DNA of 64,000 nucleotides from an uncultured Alphaproteobacteria bacterium (GTDB lineage: Bacteria; Pseudomonadota; Alphaproteobacteria; ATCC43930; CGMCC-115725). The stretch lies in the NCBI GenBank assembly GCA_963785565.1, contig CAWAVV010000011.1, positions 184,263 to 248,262 of the forward strand, given 5' to 3'. The notes beneath the pieces are model-generated. The model was not told where the DNA came from, made no database searches, and was given only the letters and a program-made list of their open reading frames with translations. Shown here piece by piece: positions 1-8,984 of the stretch (positions within the stretch are counted from its first letter, which is position 1; each line of letters starts with the position of its first letter). A program made the translations under genes and the position numbers.

Positions 1-105
1 CGGGTGCTGGGCGCGCACCCCCGCCGCGACCACCTCGTCATAGGTCGCGCGCATTCCGGCCAGCTTGAGCTGGCCCATCAGCGCGATGATTTCATGCCGC
101 TCCAC
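1..105 (-). CDS. istB: IS21 helper ATPase IstB, N-terminal part only (cut by the window edge)
   Basis: The frame from GTG 105-103 reads VERHEIIALMGQLKLAGMRATYDEVVAAGVRAQHP, which contains the IstB LKLxGM motif. It overlaps the istA 3' end, as is typical of IS21. The start codon choice is uncertain. Confidence 0.6.
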   Translation of the reverse strand, partial: MERHEIIALMGQLKLAGMRATYDEVVAAGVRAQHP

Positions 106-954
106 GCCAGACTTCCTCGGCCGGCGGCGGGTGGCGCAGCCGGTCATAGCGGGCGCAGTCGGCCGCCGGCTCGATCGCCAGCGTCAGCGCCGCCGGAGTC
201 GCCACCGGCCGAGGCGGGTCGGCATCGCGCTGTCGCGCCAGGATGTTGAGCACGACGTCGCGGCCGAACAGCTTGGCCGACAGCGCCTCGGCACAGGCCG
301 CCTCGACCGCATCGAGCCCGGCCACGGAAAAAGACAGCTTCGACCGCCGTCGTCATATGGTCGTAAATGCCGCGCCGGCACATGCCGCCAGACAGGCGGA
401 ACGCGTGGTCGTGCGCGTCGAACACCATCTCCTGGGTCTCGCGCGGGTAGGCCCGCACCAGAAACATCCGGCTATGGCACAGCCGGATGTGAGCAACCTT
501 GACCGTCGTCGTCACGCCGCCGAGCACCACGACCTCGTGCGACCAGTCGAATTGTTAGGCCTCGCCCGGCGCAAACCACAGCGGGATGAACACCGGACCC
601 TGCTGCGAGCGCGCACGGCGCCAATCCCGCACATGGCGCTGCACACTGTCATAGGCGCCCGCGCCCGGGTAGCCCTCGGCGCGCAGCAACTCGAACAGCC
701 GCCGCGCTGTCAGCCGCTCGCGCGCCGGCCGCCGGCTGTTCGCATGGAGCAATCCGTCAAGCCCGCGCCACAAACGGTCCAAGCCGGGGCTGCGGCTGCA
801 CTCGGCGCTCGTAGCGAAACTAGGTCGACGATTCGCGGATCGCGTTGCGCACCGTTCTCCGTGAGATCCGCAACTCGCGCACGATCTGGCGGATCGGCTT
901 CTTATCAACCCAAAACGCCCGCCTAATCCGGCCGATCGTTTCCACCGTCACCAT
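92..954 (-). pseudogene. istA: IS21 transposase IstA, inactivated
   Basis: The ATG is at 954-952. There is an in-frame TAG at 820-822 (…NAIRESST*FRYERRVQPQPRLG). A frameshift near 765 separates FVARA from LDGLLHAN. The DDE core (…TAVEAVFF) joins almost directly to the C-terminal GLDAVEAAC region near 325-335. A normal IstA is about 400-500 aa, so roughly 250 aa appear to be deleted. Confidence 0.8.
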
Positions 955-1070
955 CCCCGGCCACGCTCCCCTCAACAACCAAGGGGAGCATTCAATGATT
1001 CGCGGGGTGGGTCCCTATTCGATGCTGATCACCCCAATATCCGGGTCACTCTTCCACGCTGAGTTCCAGA

Positions 1071-1324
1071 CTACGGCGCCGCAGGCGCAGAATTGGGACC
1101 CCAGAATCAAAGCCCTGGTGCCGTTCCCACCGGTTTTGGAGAATATGAGCAACCAATTGGCACGCTCGCGCGTCGAGCATGTCTTAGCCGTCCAGAAATT
1201 CCAGCTGGGTCTAATCGTGCGCACCGTCGGCATGGTGCGCGCCCGCGTCAAAATCGGTCTGGCCAATCTCGCCTACAACTTCCGCCGTCAGGCCTGGCTC
1301 GACGGGCAAGCCGCACCGACGTGA
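1071..1324 (+). pseudogene. IS5-family transposase, C-terminal fragment
   Basis: The tail of ORF 845..1324 reads NQLARSRVEHVLAVQKFQLGLIVRTVGMVRARVKIGLANLAYNFRR. This fits the conserved RVEHxF…VR..GL.R…LAYN..R C-terminus of IS5-group transposases. No DDE or N-terminal part precedes it. The IS21 remnant abuts it. Confidence 0.6.
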
Positions 1325-2001
1325 TCCCGGAGCTTGTGCGGAAACGGCGGCGACCCGAGCAAACCAGACCAGCCACGCGACCCGGCCGTCCAAGCGAAGA
1401 AATTCCCGTTCTCACCCCGCACCGTCCTCGCCCGCCGCTCGAGACGCGGCAATTCGGGTGATGCGGCGGCGCCGTTCCCCGTCCACGTTGCCACGCATTG
1501 CGCCATTGCTTGTTCCGCGTGGCCGATGATCTGCGTGTCCGCGAGTGTGCTGAGCGGATGGTCGATCACGACCGGCACCAGATCGGGCATGCCGAGCGCG
1601 TCACGCTGCATGTTTGCCTCATGAAGAAACTCCGTGGTGGCCACCACGGCAGTAGGCCGTCCCAGCGTCTCAAGAGAAATGCCATCATGCGTACAGCACG
1701 ATGTACATGACCCTCAATCGCCGATCGCGGTCAGGACAATATCGTTGTTGGCGGCGATCTCCGCGATCAGCGCGGGATCGGCATATTTCGAGAAGCTCTC
1801 TTTCTTGTAGTAATTGGTCGCGGCCAAGCCGTGTTCATCCTCAAGGAGAGCGGCTGTCGTCCGTAGGAGCCGCCTCGCGTTCCATTTGGTGTTATCGAGG
1901 ATGCCGAGCCGGAGTCCCTGAAGCGTGACTACTCGCGGGGCCAGCGGCACCTGCTCGACATCGATCCTCCCCCGCGGATCGAAGACAGTCTCGTAATCCA
2001 T
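1288..2001 (-). CDS. Candidate UGSC-family (seleno)protein with an in-frame TGA at 1716-1714; the 3' end may be disrupted by the IS5 fragment
   Basis: ORFs 1714..2109 and 1288..1647 share one frame. They are separated only by TGA plus 22 sense codons. Read-through gives …IVLTAIGD-U-GSCTSCCTHDGISLETLGRPTAVVATTEFLHEANMQRDALGMPDLVPVVIDHPL…. The likely start is MDYETVF at 2001, with AAGGAG 8 nt upstream. The last ~60 codons (…NGAAASPELPRLERR…) look like non-native GC-rich read-through into the IS region. Confidence 0.55.
1685..1710 (-). promoter_or_regulatory. SECIS-like hairpin starting 3 nt after the in-frame UGA
   Basis: The mRNA reads UGA GGG UCAUG UACA UCGUGC UGUA CG CAUGA. UCAUG pairs with CAUGA and UACA pairs with UGUA, giving 9 bp with a 2-nt bulge and a 6-nt G/U-containing apical loop. 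I folded this by eye only. Confidence 0.4.
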
Positions 2002-2067
2002 CGTGTTGCTCTCCTTCACAGGTAACAGGTTCCGTCGACGCAGACCGGACCAGAAGGGCCGCTGCCC

Positions 2068-2304
2068 TTGCCCAGTTCTGGTGGACGCGCTCGCTGTCAT
2101 TGGCGCCACCTTCCTCGGTGGTGCCGTTCAACTACCTGTCGCTGGTATGGACAACGATTCCTCGGCTTCGCGGTGCGGGGGGACGTGCCGACCCCGGGCC
2201 TGCTGGTCGGTTCCGCGATCGTTGTCGCCTCGGGCCTTTACATCCTGTGGCGCGAGACCTTACGCCGCCGACGCCCGGCGGTCCCAGCGCCGCAGCGGGC
2301 GTAA
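2068..2304 (+). pseudogene. DMT/EamA-family transporter, 3' fragment with a frameshift
   Basis: Two frames together read …VVPFNYLSLVWTTI | LGFAVRGDVPTPGLLVGSAIVVASGLYILWRE…. This is the typical last two TM helices of EamA transporters. No upstream part of the gene is present. Confidence 0.55.
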
Positions 2305-2456
2305 TCCCGCCTGGCGGGTTGGGGAGGGTCTTGCGGAAAGAGGCGAATAGGCAGCTGAGCGCCGAAAAGGTCGTAGGAAGATCGACGCATTGATGAATTC
2401 GAATCGAGTTCGACCGCTCGATGGTCGTAGACGCTGCGTTGGCACGGAGACGCGGC

Positions 2457-2699
2457 CTAGTGGCGCGCCGGCCCTCGGTCCTCGCCAGCGCGAACACGTC
2501 GCGCGAAGACCACCGCTTCGTCCGACCATCTCGCGAAGACGCTGGCCGCGACCTCCGCGGCCGCCGCAATGGCCTGTTCCAGGTTTCCCGGGACAAGCCG
2601 GGCGCGCAGCTCGAACCGTTCATGGCCAAAGCGAAACACAGCCACGGGCTCGGCGCCGAATTGGACGGATGCGAGTTCAAAAAGCATCTCGTCGGGCAT
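2457..2699 (-). CDS. Hypothetical small protein (80 aa)
   Basis: This is an internal ATG of ORF 2457..3089 (MPDEMLFELASVQFGAEPVAVFRFGHERFELRARLVPG…), preceded by AAGGAG. I recognise no family. Confidence 0.3.
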   Translation of the reverse strand: MPDEMLFELASVQFGAEPVAVFRFGHERFELRARLVPGNLEQAIAAAAEVAASVFARWSDEAVVFARRVRAGEDRGPARH

Positions 2700-2859
2700 G
2701 GGCGGTCTCCTTTCGTGCGCAGCGTTGTGGTTGGGACGATATGGCCGCGTGGCCCGGCTGTCATGCCAGTCAACCGGGCGCAGATGGGTTCCTGCGGCAC
2801 GTTCTTGCAGCCCGCCCGTTCGGGAGCGAGAATGCCCGCAAGTAGGGAGGGATCGAGCG

Positions 2860-5019
2860 ATGAGGATCAAGAACCCATTGTTCTCAGCGATGATGGCCAT
2901 TGGTATCGCGCTGGTTGTGGGTCTCGCTCCGATGTCGCTCAGCGCGCAGCAAAAAACCGACCCGGCGATCCGCATCGGCAACAATGATGTCGGCGGCGTG
3001 GTTAGGAGCGCGACCGGGCCGGAGGCGGGCGTCTGGGTGATTGCCGAAACCACCGGGCTGCCGACTGCGTTCGCCAAAATCGTCGTCACCGACGATCATG
3101 GACGTTATGTCATTCCGGACCTCCCGAAGGCCAATTACGATCTCTGGGTGCGCGGCTACGGGCTCATCGACTCGCCGAGAGTTGTAACAAAGCCAGGGAA
3201 GATCATCGATTTGTCGGCCGTGCCAGCGCCGAATGCGGCGGCCGGCGCGCAATATTATCCGGCGATCTACTGGTATTCGATGCTCACCATCCCGGATCAG
3301 GGCCAGTTTTCCGGCCCGAAGCGCGACGAGAAGATGCCAGAGGATATAACCGCCCGGTGGCAATGGCTAAATACGATAAAGACCACCGGCTGCATCGCCT
3401 GCCACGGGATCGGCACTCTTGGGACGCGAACGATCCCCGCCGCGCTCGGACATTTCGCGTCTTCGGCGGAGGCATGGGCACGGCGCATCCAATCTGGTCA
3501 GGCCGAGACCAATATGGTCAATACGATCAGCCGGCTCGACCCGCAGCTCGCGTTTCAGTATTTCGGCGACTGGACCGACAGAATCGCCAAAGGCGAACTG
3601 CCGTTTGCGACGCCGCCCCGGCCGCAGGGCATCGAGCGCAATGTCGTGTTGACCCTGTGGGACTGGAGCCGCCCCACGGCCTACCTCCACGACCTCACTC
3701 CGACAGACCGGCGCAATCCGACGGTCAATGCCAATGGTAAGCTTTACGGCACGGCCGAGGAGAGCAGCGATAACCTGCCTGTGCTCGATCCAGCGCATAA
3801 TTCGGTTAGCGAGATCCACCATCCGGTGCGCGATCCAAACACGCCGACCACGAAGACGGCGCCCTTGGAGGCCTCACCCTATTGGGGTGCGGAACCGATC
3901 TGGGACAGCGAGAGCGTCACGCACAACCCGATGATGGACGAGAGAGGCCGGGTCTGGTTCACCGCCAGGATCCGCTCCGCAGCAAACCCAGCTTTCTGCA
4001 AGCAGGGATCGAGCCATCCCTCGGCACAGGTTTTTCCGCTGCGGGCATCCGGCCGCCAGCTGTCGATGTATGATCCGGCGACGGGAAAGTTCACGCTCAT
4101 CAACACCTGCTTTCCGACGCACCATCTGAACTTCGCCTACGATGCCAATAATACGCTGTGGACCAGCGCCGGCGGTCCGCAGACGCCCGTCATCGGCTGG
4201 CTCAATAGAAAAATGTTCGAGGAAACCGGGGACGAGCAGAAATCACAGGGGTGGACGCCGTTCATCGTCGACACCGTCGGCAATGGCAAGCGCACCGATT
4301 ATGTCGAGCCCGACCAGCCGGTCGATCCGACCAAGGACAAACGCGTTGTCGTCGGCCTGTACTCGGTCTCGGTGAACCCGGTCGATGGGACGATCTGGGG
4401 CACCTCGCTGGGATACCCCGGTTATGTGGTTCGCGTGAACCCGGGACCTGATCCGACCCACACGGCGCTCACCGAGATCTACGAGCCGCCATTGCCTGGC
4501 TACGGGCCCCGCGGCGGCGACATCGACAGCAAGGGCGTTTTCTGGGCGTCGCTGGCGAGTGGGCATCTGGCGCGCTTCGACCGGAGCAAATGCAAGGTGT
4601 TGAATGGCCCGACTGCGACCGGCAAGCATTGCCCCGAGGGCTGGACCCTCTACCCTTTCGCGGGTCCGCAGTTCAAGAACATCAGTGACTCTGGCAGCGC
4701 CGAATCGAGTTATTACGTCTGGGTCGATCAGCACGACACATTAGGTCTCGGCAAGGACGTGCCAATCGCCACGGGCAACCTCAACAGCGCATTACTCGCT
4801 CTCGTCGACGGTAAGTTCGTGGTCCTCCGGGTCCCCTATGTAAACGACTATTTCACGAAGGGGATGGATGGGCGCATCGACGACCCCAACGCTGGCTGGA
4901 AGGGCAGGGCATTGTGGACGACGTATGCGACCCGGGCGATGTTCCACCTCGAAACCGGCAAAGGCACCTTCCCCAAGGTTGTCCGCTTTCAGCTCCGCCC
5001 CGACCCGCTCGCCGATTAG
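2860..5019 (+). CDS. Secreted protein with a carboxypeptidase-regulatory-like N-domain, one CxxCH haem-c motif and a probable beta-propeller
   Basis: The start MRIKNPLFSAMMAIGIALVVGLAPMSLSAQQ is a signal peptide with GGGAGGGA upstream. Further motifs are GVWVIAETTGLPTAFAKIVVTDDHGRYVIPDLPKANYDLWVRGYG (CarboxypepD_reg-like) and TTGCIACHG (haem-c). The C-terminal part is long and repeat-like. Confidence 0.7.
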   Translation: MRIKNPLFSAMMAIGIALVVGLAPMSLSAQQKTDPAIRIGNNDVGGVVRSATGPEAGVWVIAETTGLPTAFAKIVVTDDHGRYVIPDLPKANYDLWVRGYGLIDSPRVVTKPGKIIDLSAVPAPNAAAGAQYYPAIYWYSMLTIPDQGQFSGPKRDEKMPEDITARWQWLNTIKTTGCIACHGIGTLGTRTIPAALGHFASSAEAWARRIQSGQAETNMVNTISRLDPQLAFQYFGDWTDRIAKGELPFATPPRPQGIERNVVLTLWDWSRPTAYLHDLTPTDRRNPTVNANGKLYGTAEESSDNLPVLDPAHNSVSEIHHPVRDPNTPTTKTAPLEASPYWGAEPIWDSESVTHNPMMDERGRVWFTARIRSAANPAFCKQGSSHPSAQVFPLRASGRQLSMYDPATGKFTLINTCFPTHHLNFAYDANNTLWTSAGGPQTPVIGWLNRKMFEETGDEQKSQGWTPFIVDTVGNGKRTDYVEPDQPVDPTKDKRVVVGLYSVSVNPVDGTIWGTSLGYPGYVVRVNPGPDPTHTALTEIYEPPLPGYGPRGGDIDSKGVFWASLASGHLARFDRSKCKVLNGPTATGKHCPEGWTLYPFAGPQFKNISDSGSAESSYYVWVDQHDTLGLGKDVPIATGNLNSALLALVDGKFVVLRVPYVNDYFTKGMDGRIDDPNAGWKGRALWTTYATRAMFHLETGKGTFPKVVRFQLRPDPLAD

Positions 5020-5066
5020 CGGACCGCACCGCCGAGCGACCCTATCGTCGTCGCCTCCCTAACTGC

Positions 5067-5102
5067 GCCCTCTCCCGCTCAACGTGGCGAGGGCGAATTT
5101 TT
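5067..5102 (+). terminator. Possible rho-independent terminator
   Basis: GCCCTCtcccgctcaacgtggcGAGGGC is followed by gaaTTTTT, about 48 nt after the stop at 5019. The stem is short (6 bp plus 2). Confidence 0.35.
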
Positions 5103-5257
5103 AGGGTCGAAGCGGAAATTTCGCGATCGCCCGCTCCGCGCCGCTTTCCGGCCCATCGCCGTTGCGCGCGGCAATGACAAGGTTGCGCCGATTCTGGCCG
5201 TTCGCGGGGTTGCGATCGAACCGCTGGAGTTGACGCTAACCCGACGGCGGCACCGGG

Positions 5258-5875
5258 TTACGCCGAGAGCACGTCGTCGATCTCCTTCGCCCGCAACGCG
5301 GCCGGCCGCGCGCTGAGCCGCTGACAATACCGTTCGAAAGCCAGCCGCTTCTCGATCACGCCGAACTGCATGCCAAAGCCAATTCCGGAGCCGAGATAGG
5401 TATCGGCGGCCGTGAAACTGTCGCCGACCACATATTCGGCACGCGACACCGCCGCTTCGAGTGTGTCGACGACCGCTTCGAAGCGTCCATAACCGGCCAT
5501 CCTTTCCCTTCGGGCGGCACGACAAAGCCCATGGCCCTGTTAGTCCATGCGGCTTCGAGCGGGCAGGCGCCGAAGAAGAGCCAGCGATAATTGGGGCCGC
5601 GCCGACGATCACCTGGTGGCGGGGTCAGGCGAGCCTCCGGAAACGCGTCGGCGAGATAAGCGCAGATCGCTGCCGCTTCGGTCACCACGGTGTCGCCGTG
5701 TCGTATCGCCGGCACCTTCCCCATGGGAATTGACGGCGAGGTAAGCCGGCGCCTTCATCGTGGTGCCGTATTCGAGCAGCTCCGTTCGATAGGGCTGGCC
5801 GATTTCCTCCAGCATCCAGCGCACGATCCGGCCGCGCGACATCGGATGGGTGTAAAAAACGAGTTCGTCCGCCAT
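5258..5875 (-). pseudogene. Glutathione S-transferase family gene with two frameshifts
   Basis: Three frames must be joined to read the protein. They are MADELVFYTHPMSRGRIVRWMLEEIGQPYRTELLEYGTTMKAPAYLAVN, then (P)MGKVPAIRHGDTVVTEAAAICAYLADAFPEARL…LFFGACPLEAAWTNRAMGFVVPPEGK, then MAGYGRFEAVVDTLEAAVSRAEYVVGDSFTAADTYLGSGIGFGMQFGVIEKR…. The lesions are near 5724 (an apparent extra T in aatTccc) and near 5500. Confidence 0.8.
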
Positions 5876-6114
5876 TTGCGATTTCCCCGCTCAGCGGTTC
5901 CAACGATACCGCTCTTTAACTCCGCTTGCGGGTTCCGCTGAAGCCTCCGGGGCGCGGCTGCTGCCCCAAGGCGGATCTTCGGTGTTTCAACGACAGAGTG
6001 GTGTAAGCATTTGCTGGATTCGGTCAATCGATCCTATAGATCGGCAGATCGGCGAGAATGGTCTTCAAAAGCCGGCCTGGCTTCTTCGCGCAATCTGCGT
6101 AGGGAGGACGCGCG

Positions 6115-7935
6115 ATGAGGCGGCGAGAATTACTAGCGGCTTTGGCAGCGCAGCCGCTTGTGGTGCCCCTGCTCGATCGCCTCGCGGCGGTAGCTGCAAT
6201 TCCTCCTGGCGGAGGGTCGTCTCGGGTCCGTCCGGGCGACCCGGATTGGCCGTCGCCGGCTGAATGGGATGGGTTGCGGCAACGCGTCGGCGGCCGGCTG
6301 ATCGCTGTGCAATCGCCGCTCCAGCCGTGCCGGGAGGCACCCATTGGCGAGGCCTGCCGCACCCTGTTCCGCGAGCTTAAGAATCCCTACTACATCGGCG
6401 ACGAGGTCGGGCTGACCCAAGCGACCGGGTGGGTCGATGCGTGGACCTTGGAGCAAAGCGCCTTTGCGGTGGCCGCCGAGAGCGCCGCGGATGTCGCCGC
6501 TGCCGTCGACTTCGCCCGCGAGCACAATCTGCGCCTTGTCGTCCGAGGCGGCGGGCACAGTTATCTCGGTACTTCTAACTCGCGGGATTCATTGCTGATC
6601 TGGACTCGTCGCATGGCCGGGATTGAGCTGCACGACGCATTCGTCCCGGCGGGCACGAAAGCCGCTCCACTCCCGGCGGTTACGGTGGGGCCTGGGGCCG
6701 TCTGGGGCCATGTCTATAACGCCGTGACCACGAAAGGCGCCCGCCTGGTTCAGGGCGGCGGCTGCCTAACGGTTGGCGTCGCCGGTCTCGTCCTCGGCGG
6801 TGGGTTCGGAAGCTATTCGCGACTTTACGGAACGGCGGCCGCCAGCCTCCTCGAAGTCGAAATCGTTACCGCCGACGGTACGGTGCGGATCGCCAACGCA
6901 GCGACCAATCCCGACCTATTCTGGGCACTGAAAGGTGGCGGCGGAGGGACCTTCGGTGTCGTCACGCGGCTCACCTTGCGAACACACGAGCTGCCGGCGA
7001 CAGCCGGCATTGTGAACGCGACTATCCACGCCCATTCCGACGCCGCGTTCCGCTCTCTGATCGGCCGTTTTGTGGCGTTTAATGCCGAGCGGCTGGCGAC
7101 ATCGCAATGGAGCGACATCGTCACAATAGGTCGCAACAATCGACTCAATATCAGCATGGGATGTCTGGGTCTCGACCAGGCGCAGACCGAAGCCATCTGG
7201 CAACCCCTCTTCGCCTGGGTCGCGGGGGCCGGCGACGACTACAGTTTTATCCAGCCGGTGCGGATCTTTGCCGGGCCGGCTCGGCAGCGCTGGGACCCCG
7301 ACTTTCTCCGTTCGCGCTTTCCCCGTGCGGTCCAGACCGACGACCGCCCGGGCGCGCCGCGCGACAACATCTACTGGACGGCCAATGTCGCCGAGGCCGG
7401 GCACTACATTTTCGGCTACGAATTGGTGTGGCTCCCCGCCGCTTTGCTTGCTGCCGACCGGCAGGATGCGCTTGCCGACGCGCTGTTCGCCACCAGCCGC
7501 ATTTGGCCGATGGAGCTGCATTTCCAGAAGGCCCTCGCGGGCGCCCCGCCCGACGCGATCGCCGCAACGCGCGACACCGCGATCAACCCCGCCGTGCTCG
7601 ATGCCTTTGTGCTCGTGATCATCGGGAGCGAAGGTGCGCCCGCCTACCCTGGTCTCCCCGGCTACTCGCCCGATTTTGCTATCGCCCGGCACGACGCTGC
7701 CGAAGTGGCGAAGGCGATGGCCGAGTTGCGCAAGGTCGTGCCGGAACCGGGCTCCTACCTCGCCGAGACCAGTTATTTCGAGCGCGACTGGCAGAAATCG
7801 TTTTGGGGTTCGAACTATCCGCGCTTGCGGCAAATCAAAGACAAATACGACCCCGACGGGCTTTTCTTCGTGCACCACGGAGTCGGCAGCGAGGACTGGA
7901 GCGCCGATGGGTTTGAGAAGTTGCCTGCCAAGTAG
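6115..7935 (+). CDS. FAD-binding (PCMH-type) oxidoreductase with a BBE-like C-terminus and a probable Tat signal
   Basis: MRRRELLAALAAQP looks like a twin-arginine signal. LRLVVRGGGHSYLG is an FAD_binding_4 motif. The C-terminal YPRLRQIKDKYDPDGLFFVHHGVGSE is BBE-like. Confidence 0.85.
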   Translation: MRRRELLAALAAQPLVVPLLDRLAAVAAIPPGGGSSRVRPGDPDWPSPAEWDGLRQRVGGRLIAVQSPLQPCREAPIGEACRTLFRELKNPYYIGDEVGLTQATGWVDAWTLEQSAFAVAAESAADVAAAVDFAREHNLRLVVRGGGHSYLGTSNSRDSLLIWTRRMAGIELHDAFVPAGTKAAPLPAVTVGPGAVWGHVYNAVTTKGARLVQGGGCLTVGVAGLVLGGGFGSYSRLYGTAAASLLEVEIVTADGTVRIANAATNPDLFWALKGGGGGTFGVVTRLTLRTHELPATAGIVNATIHAHSDAAFRSLIGRFVAFNAERLATSQWSDIVTIGRNNRLNISMGCLGLDQAQTEAIWQPLFAWVAGAGDDYSFIQPVRIFAGPARQRWDPDFLRSRFPRAVQTDDRPGAPRDNIYWTANVAEAGHYIFGYELVWLPAALLAADRQDALADALFATSRIWPMELHFQKALAGAPPDAIAATRDTAINPAVLDAFVLVIIGSEGAPAYPGLPGYSPDFAIARHDAAEVAKAMAELRKVVPEPGSYLAETSYFERDWQKSFWGSNYPRLRQIKDKYDPDGLFFVHHGVGSEDWSADGFEKLPAK

Positions 7936-8086
7936 CGTCACCCAATAGTGGAGGGTGGTGTCGGCTGTCGGCGCAACCTCGCCGTTATCTCGCGTTCCAG
8001 TGACGGTCCCTTCGTCCCTCTACAATTCCGAATGCAGACCTTCAGCATCGTGCGATGCAGATTGGCGGTTTTGTTGAGTTGGGGAT

Positions 8087-8200
8087 CTACGCCCTGACAA
8101 GCCGCCTGAGGGCAAGCTGGATGGAGGCGACAGCAACGAAGGCGCACAGGGTTTCGGCAAGGTTCTCGAAGTCCTTGGCGAGACGCCGGTTGCGTCCGAA
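8087..8200 (-). pseudogene. IS5-family transposase, extreme C-terminal remnant (37 aa)
   Basis: The minus strand reads FGRNRRLAKDFENLAETLCAFVAVASIQLALRRLVRA*. This is the conserved tail of IS5/IS427-type transposases. A TAG lies immediately upstream. Confidence 0.6.
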
Positions 8201-8440
8201 CTAGGTCTCGGCTGGGGCTAGTCTACTGGGATGCGCTCGCATCTTTTGCCACAGGAGCAGGCCGGCACCGCCGGCGGCTACTACCACGAATGCGGGAGCC
8301 CTGGTATCCACCAAGCAGCCGATTAGGATCTCGATCGCGATGGGTAGCAGGAGTGCGATCGCCGGGCTCAGCAGCACGCACGGCACCACAACTCCCCACA
8401 CGGCCCAAGTCGGAAGGCTCTCCATCGAAGAAGGGTCCAA
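8201..8440 (-). CDS. Hypothetical small membrane protein (doubtful)
   Basis: The ORF has two hydrophobic stretches (WAVWGVVVPCVLLSPAIALLLPIAIEILIGCLV, AFVVVAAGGAGLLLW). Its stop abuts the IS5 remnant in the same frame, so it may be an insertion artefact. Confidence 0.2.
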   Translation of the reverse strand: MDPSSMESLPTWAVWGVVVPCVLLSPAIALLLPIAIEILIGCLVDTRAPAFVVVAAGGAGLLLWQKMRAHPSRLAPAET

Positions 8441-8594
8441 GCAGTTGCAACTGGGCTATTCTCGGTCGTGGCGGTTAGGGAAGGGTTGAGCGGTGGCGGG
8501 GCGGCTGCAAGCCGAAATGGGTGCGCCCTGGCCTTTCCATCAAGCAGGCAGTCGGATGGGCAAGCAGGCAGTCGGAAGGAGGCTTTGGGCAACA

Positions 8595-8984
8595 ATGGAC
8601 CATGCTAAGCGCTCGGTGGACTGCTCCGCACGAGATTTTCTCGCCGCCTGGTGGCGCGGAGACGCGGGGCCGGTCCCGTGCGGCGACTGCTCGGCCTGCT
8701 GCTATTACGCGGGCATCCCGGTTGACAAGAAGCGCGATCGGAAACGCTTGCCCCACCTCCTGACGGAGCGGAACCGTGATGGCGAATTGGTGCTCCAACG
8801 GCGTCCAGACGGTGCCTGCGTTCACCTCGGGAAGCAGGGCTGCACCGTCTATGAGCAGCGGCCTGCGGTTTGTCGCAGCTTCGATTGCCGCGCCTTTTCG
8901 GCGATGGGCTTAGTCGAGCACTGCGATCCTGATCATCGGACGCCGGATTGGCAGTTCGCCGCGCCCGAGCAAGCCCGGCCTTAG
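8595..8984 (+). CDS. YkgJ-family (UPF0153) cysteine-cluster protein
   Basis: MDHAKRSV…CGDCSACCYYAGIPV…DGACVHLGKQGCTVYEQRPAVCRSFDC. GGAAGGAGG lies about 12 nt upstream of the ATG at 8595. Confidence 0.7.
   Translation: MDHAKRSVDCSARDFLAAWWRGDAGPVPCGDCSACCYYAGIPVDKKRDRKRLPHLLTERNRDGELVLQRRPDGACVHLGKQGCTVYEQRPAVCRSFDCRAFSAMGLVEHCDPDHRTPDWQFAAPEQARP

Larger units (their letters stand above)
1..1070 (-). mobile_element. IS21-family insertion sequence remnant (decayed istA plus the 5' end of istB; continues past the left edge)
   Basis: Minus-strand translations give four IstA-like pieces. These are the HTH N-terminus MVTVETIGRIRRAFWVDKKPIRQIVRELRISRRTVRNAI, then LTARRLFELLRAEGYPGAGAYDSVQRHVRDWRR...VFIPLWFAPGEA, the DDE-core piece VKVAHIRLCHSRMFLVRAYPRETQEMVFDAHDHAF, and the C-terminal GLDAVEAACAEAL...ADCARYDRL. 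An IstB-like N-terminus follows. The outer end near 1070 is placed only where IS-like sequence stops (minus strand TGGAACTCAGCGTGGAAGAGTGACCC). The inverted repeat was not verified. Confidence 0.8.

Noticed and set aside
1094-1159. WDPRIKALVPFPPVLENM looked like a DUF3300 fragment
   Set aside because: It is contiguous and in frame with the IS5 transposase tail, and is more simply read as part of that fragment. It is too short to support a separate call.
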